Virus record (IMG/VR): IMGVR_UViG_3300020041_000031
Coordinates: 1-6,103 of that record
Length of the DNA stretch: 6,103 nt
Source: a virus
Direction: 5' to 3' (one strand)
Positions 4,453 to 6,103 of the stretch are shown here, one piece after another. Each line of letters opens with the position of its first letter. Within the stretch, counting starts at the first letter, position 1. The translations under genes and the position numbers were made by a program. The notes below the pieces were generated by a model that worked only from the letters and a program-made list of their open reading frames with translations, was not told where the DNA came from and ran no database searches.

Positions 4453-6103
4453 TTAACGATTAGACAAACGAGTTGCAAAGGTTTTATTAATCAGATTCTT
4501 CTTCTGTACCGCGTAGGACATATTTACAAAGAAATTATCCTCAACTTTGGATGAAAAAGGAGAGTTAACTTGCGACATATCGGTAAAAAGTATCGGGTAG
4601 TAGTGAGACGTAGGCAGACTACCCGAGCCATCGGAGAGTTTAGCGGAGCGCTGTTGTACCCAATAAGAGTAAAGAGGAATATAAGATGAGCCTGCAACCT
4701 CCGGCAAAGGATAAGCCTGAAGTTGTCCAAGAACCTCGTCATAGGATGCTCGAAACTCATTAAAACACGGTTCGGAAGCGGATGTAGCACCCGCATTTCC
4801 GTTGAAAACTATACGAGCCGAAGGAACGTCCTGATAGCCAATGTCATTATAAATAGGGTTGAAATAGTCGGGACCCAAGTAGTTGAGATAGTCCGGCTTA
4901 ACGAAACTCCAGTAATAAACAGGTCGAATACTCAACATGTCAATCAGATAGCCAGGTTCGCGGAAGTAGTAAGACTGTCGGCGACCGAGGCGATCGTTAA
5001 AGGCAATAGCACCACCCTGCTGACCGAGAGGGCCATTGACTGACGGACCGGAAAAATTATTCTGGCCAGCTTGATTCATAACAATCTGCACATTAACAGT
5101 CTGCGAGGCGCTAAACAAGAGCTTGGGGCGATCGACATGTTCGATCCTTGAAGCAAAGAACGTCTCGAGCCAATCCGAATAACGATTGCCGCCAGCGCCG
5201 AGAAGGTCTTTATACTCCTGAAGCCGCGAAGCAATGGCCAACTGGGGGATAGTGGTAACGCCAGACATCGAAACAGCGGAGGATGAACCAGTAGGGATGA
5301 GGCGACTAAATCGATCAGGATTCGAGGGAACGACTGCCATAGGATGAGCGACCAAAAAATAAGACAAGGCGGAGTTGGCAGTAGGTGTAGTATCCGCCAC
5401 AGTCTGAGATTTAATACCGGTAGATCCGAGCAAATTAGAACCCGGATAAGTGGTGCTAACGGGAAAACCGTCTCCAGTGCTACCCATGCTGTCTAAATCC
5501 GAATGAATAATCTGAAAGAAAAGATTACCACGGTTAAACGTATTATTGGAAGAGGGGACAGACGAGGGATAAAATTGACTCTCGAAAAATGCATCCAAAA
5601 ATTCAAGGTTTCCGTAACATTGTGTAAAAAACCTCGAGCCGGTCGGATTATCGGCATCAAGAGCAACCGAAGATTTAGAATAAAGAAGTCTATTCGCCAT
5701 AGGCCACGCGAAAGAATAGAGGCCCCACTGCGAATAACCGTAATAATTTCGAACGATATCCCAATAAGCTAAATAAGTATCGGCGTTAGACCATTGCGTA
5801 ATCGAAGCGTTCGACGGAAGCGCCACAGAGACCAAAGGAGTCCCACCTATATTACTTCTATTTCCAATGCGAAGCCAGGAAAAAAGGGAGTTTACATACG
5901 ATGCACCGAAACGATTAGAATTGAGTGCGCCGGTATCGGTCATAGTGGAACAAATCCAATTTGTGCTCAAGTCATTCATGTCGAACTTACTACTGTTCGT
6001 CCTCAACTCAGGATGGTAAAGCTGGAGCGGCACCCAGAAGCGATGAAGTCGAATAGTGTAGGGGTTGAATGTCGGAACAGCGAGGGGATTGCTGCGAATG
6101 TCA
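4453..6103 (-). CDS. VP1: Major capsid protein (VP1 / phiX F-like), main body; the frame is open to the window edge and the true start is at 276 after circularisation
   Basis: This is the longest ORF in the window. The M at 6033 in the track is a GTG codon inside an open frame (6031..6033 = cac). The frame stays open through 6103. The stop is TAA at 4455..4453. The non-redundant CDS is 276..1 + 5982..4453 = 1,806 nt = 601 aa, a size typical of non-phiX microvirus capsid proteins. Confidence 0.93.
   Translation of the reverse strand, partial: DIRSNPLAVPTFNPYTIRLHRFWVPLQLYHPELRTNSSKFDMNDLSTNWICSTMTDTGALNSNRFGASYVNSLFSWLRIGNRSNIGGTPLVSVALPSNASITQWSNADTYLAYWDIVRNYYGYSQWGLYSFAWPMANRLLYSKSSVALDADNPTGSRFFTQCYGNLEFLDAFFESQFYPSSVPSSNNTFNRGNLFFQIIHSDLDSMGSTGDGFPVSTTYPGSNLLGSTGIKSQTVADTTPTANSALSYFLVAHPMAVVPSNPDRFSRLIPTGSSSAVSMSGVTTIPQLAIASRLQEYKDLLGAGGNRYSDWLETFFASRIEHVDRPKLLFSASQTVNVQIVMNQAGQNNFSGPSVNGPLGQQGGAIAFNDRLGRRQSYYFREPGYLIDMLSIRPVYYWSFVKPDYLNYLGPDYFNPIYNDIGYQDVPSARIVFNGNAGATSASEPCFNEFRASYDEVLGQLQAYPLPEVAGSSYIPLYSYWVQQRSAKLSDGSGSLPTSHYYPILFTDMSQVNSPFSSKVEDNFFVNMSYAVQKKNLINKTFATRLSNR
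5983..6103. repeat. Terminal redundancy, copy 2 (identical to 1..121)
   Basis: Same as copy 1. The repeat runs to the last base of the window. Confidence 0.97.

Larger units (their letters stand above)
1..5982 (-). other. One full unit of a circular Microviridae-like ssDNA phage genome (5,982 nt), shown as the complement of the coding strand
   Basis: The window ends overlap exactly by 121 nt. All strong ORFs are on the minus strand with 1-12 nt spacers or overlaps. The gene set (HUH Rep, ~600-aa capsid protein, Gly/Ala/Gln-rich pilot protein) in ~6 kb is the hallmark of Microviridae. Confidence 0.85.

Noticed and set aside
753-4796. Other minus-strand alternative-frame ORFs (753..1073, 1283..1504, 2047..2421, 2517..2792, 3129..3470, 4524..4796), some of them hydrophobic
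   Set aside because: They are numerous, which shows that long off-frame ORFs arise readily in this composition. At least one I checked (2047..2421) starts at TTG. None has a distinctive architecture or placement. Only 393..752 and 1778..1960 seemed worth flagging.
292-5772. Plus-strand ORFs 292..735, 928..1365, 1362..1556, 1567..1773, 2373..2651, 3157..3714, 3302..3529, 4723..5043 and 5503..5772
   Set aside because: All lie antisense to strong minus-strand genes or to the structured spacer. Microviruses transcribe one strand only. Their sequences are low-complexity or Arg-rich, as expected of shadow ORFs, and several rely on non-ATG starts.
1-6103. Search for tRNA/rRNA genes, CRISPR repeats, IS or transposase ends and known defence-system genes
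   Set aside because: No regularly spaced direct repeats, cloverleaf-like segments, inverted terminal repeats or recognisable enzyme motifs were seen, other than the HUH Rep. The coding capacity is fully used by the phage genes.

Overview
The window is one complete unit (5,982 nt) of a small circular ssDNA phage genome of the Microviridae type (gokushovirus/alpavirus-like, not phiX-like). It is given as the complement of the coding strand. Its two ends overlap by an exact 121-nt direct repeat (1..121 = 5983..6103), which is the signature of a linearised circular contig. All convincing genes lie on the minus strand and are tightly packed. In transcription order they are: major capsid protein VP1 (601 aa once the circle is closed, 276->1 joined to 5982->4453); a 98-aa strongly acidic protein; a structured spacer; a 63-aa predicted lipoprotein; the VP2/H-like pilot protein (421 aa); two ORFan proteins (106 and 107 aa); a GC-rich terminator hairpin inside a ~170-200 nt non-coding region; a 72-aa protein; and the HUH replication initiator VP4 (356 aa), which is translationally coupled to the 72-aa ORF. 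VP4 carries an HFH motif and a YVVKYITK motif. I see no tRNA, rRNA, CRISPR array, transposon or recognisable defence system. The parts worth a second look are non-canonical. They are the small lipoprotein wedged in front of the pilot gene, an overprinted ORF with a hydrophobic stretch and a very basic tail (or a 24-aa J-like peptide) at the end of the 107-aa gene, a membrane-like +1-frame ORF inside rep, a 9-mer repeated in three intergenic spacers, and the structured non-coding region. All functional assignments rest on motif recognition and gene order. No searches were run.
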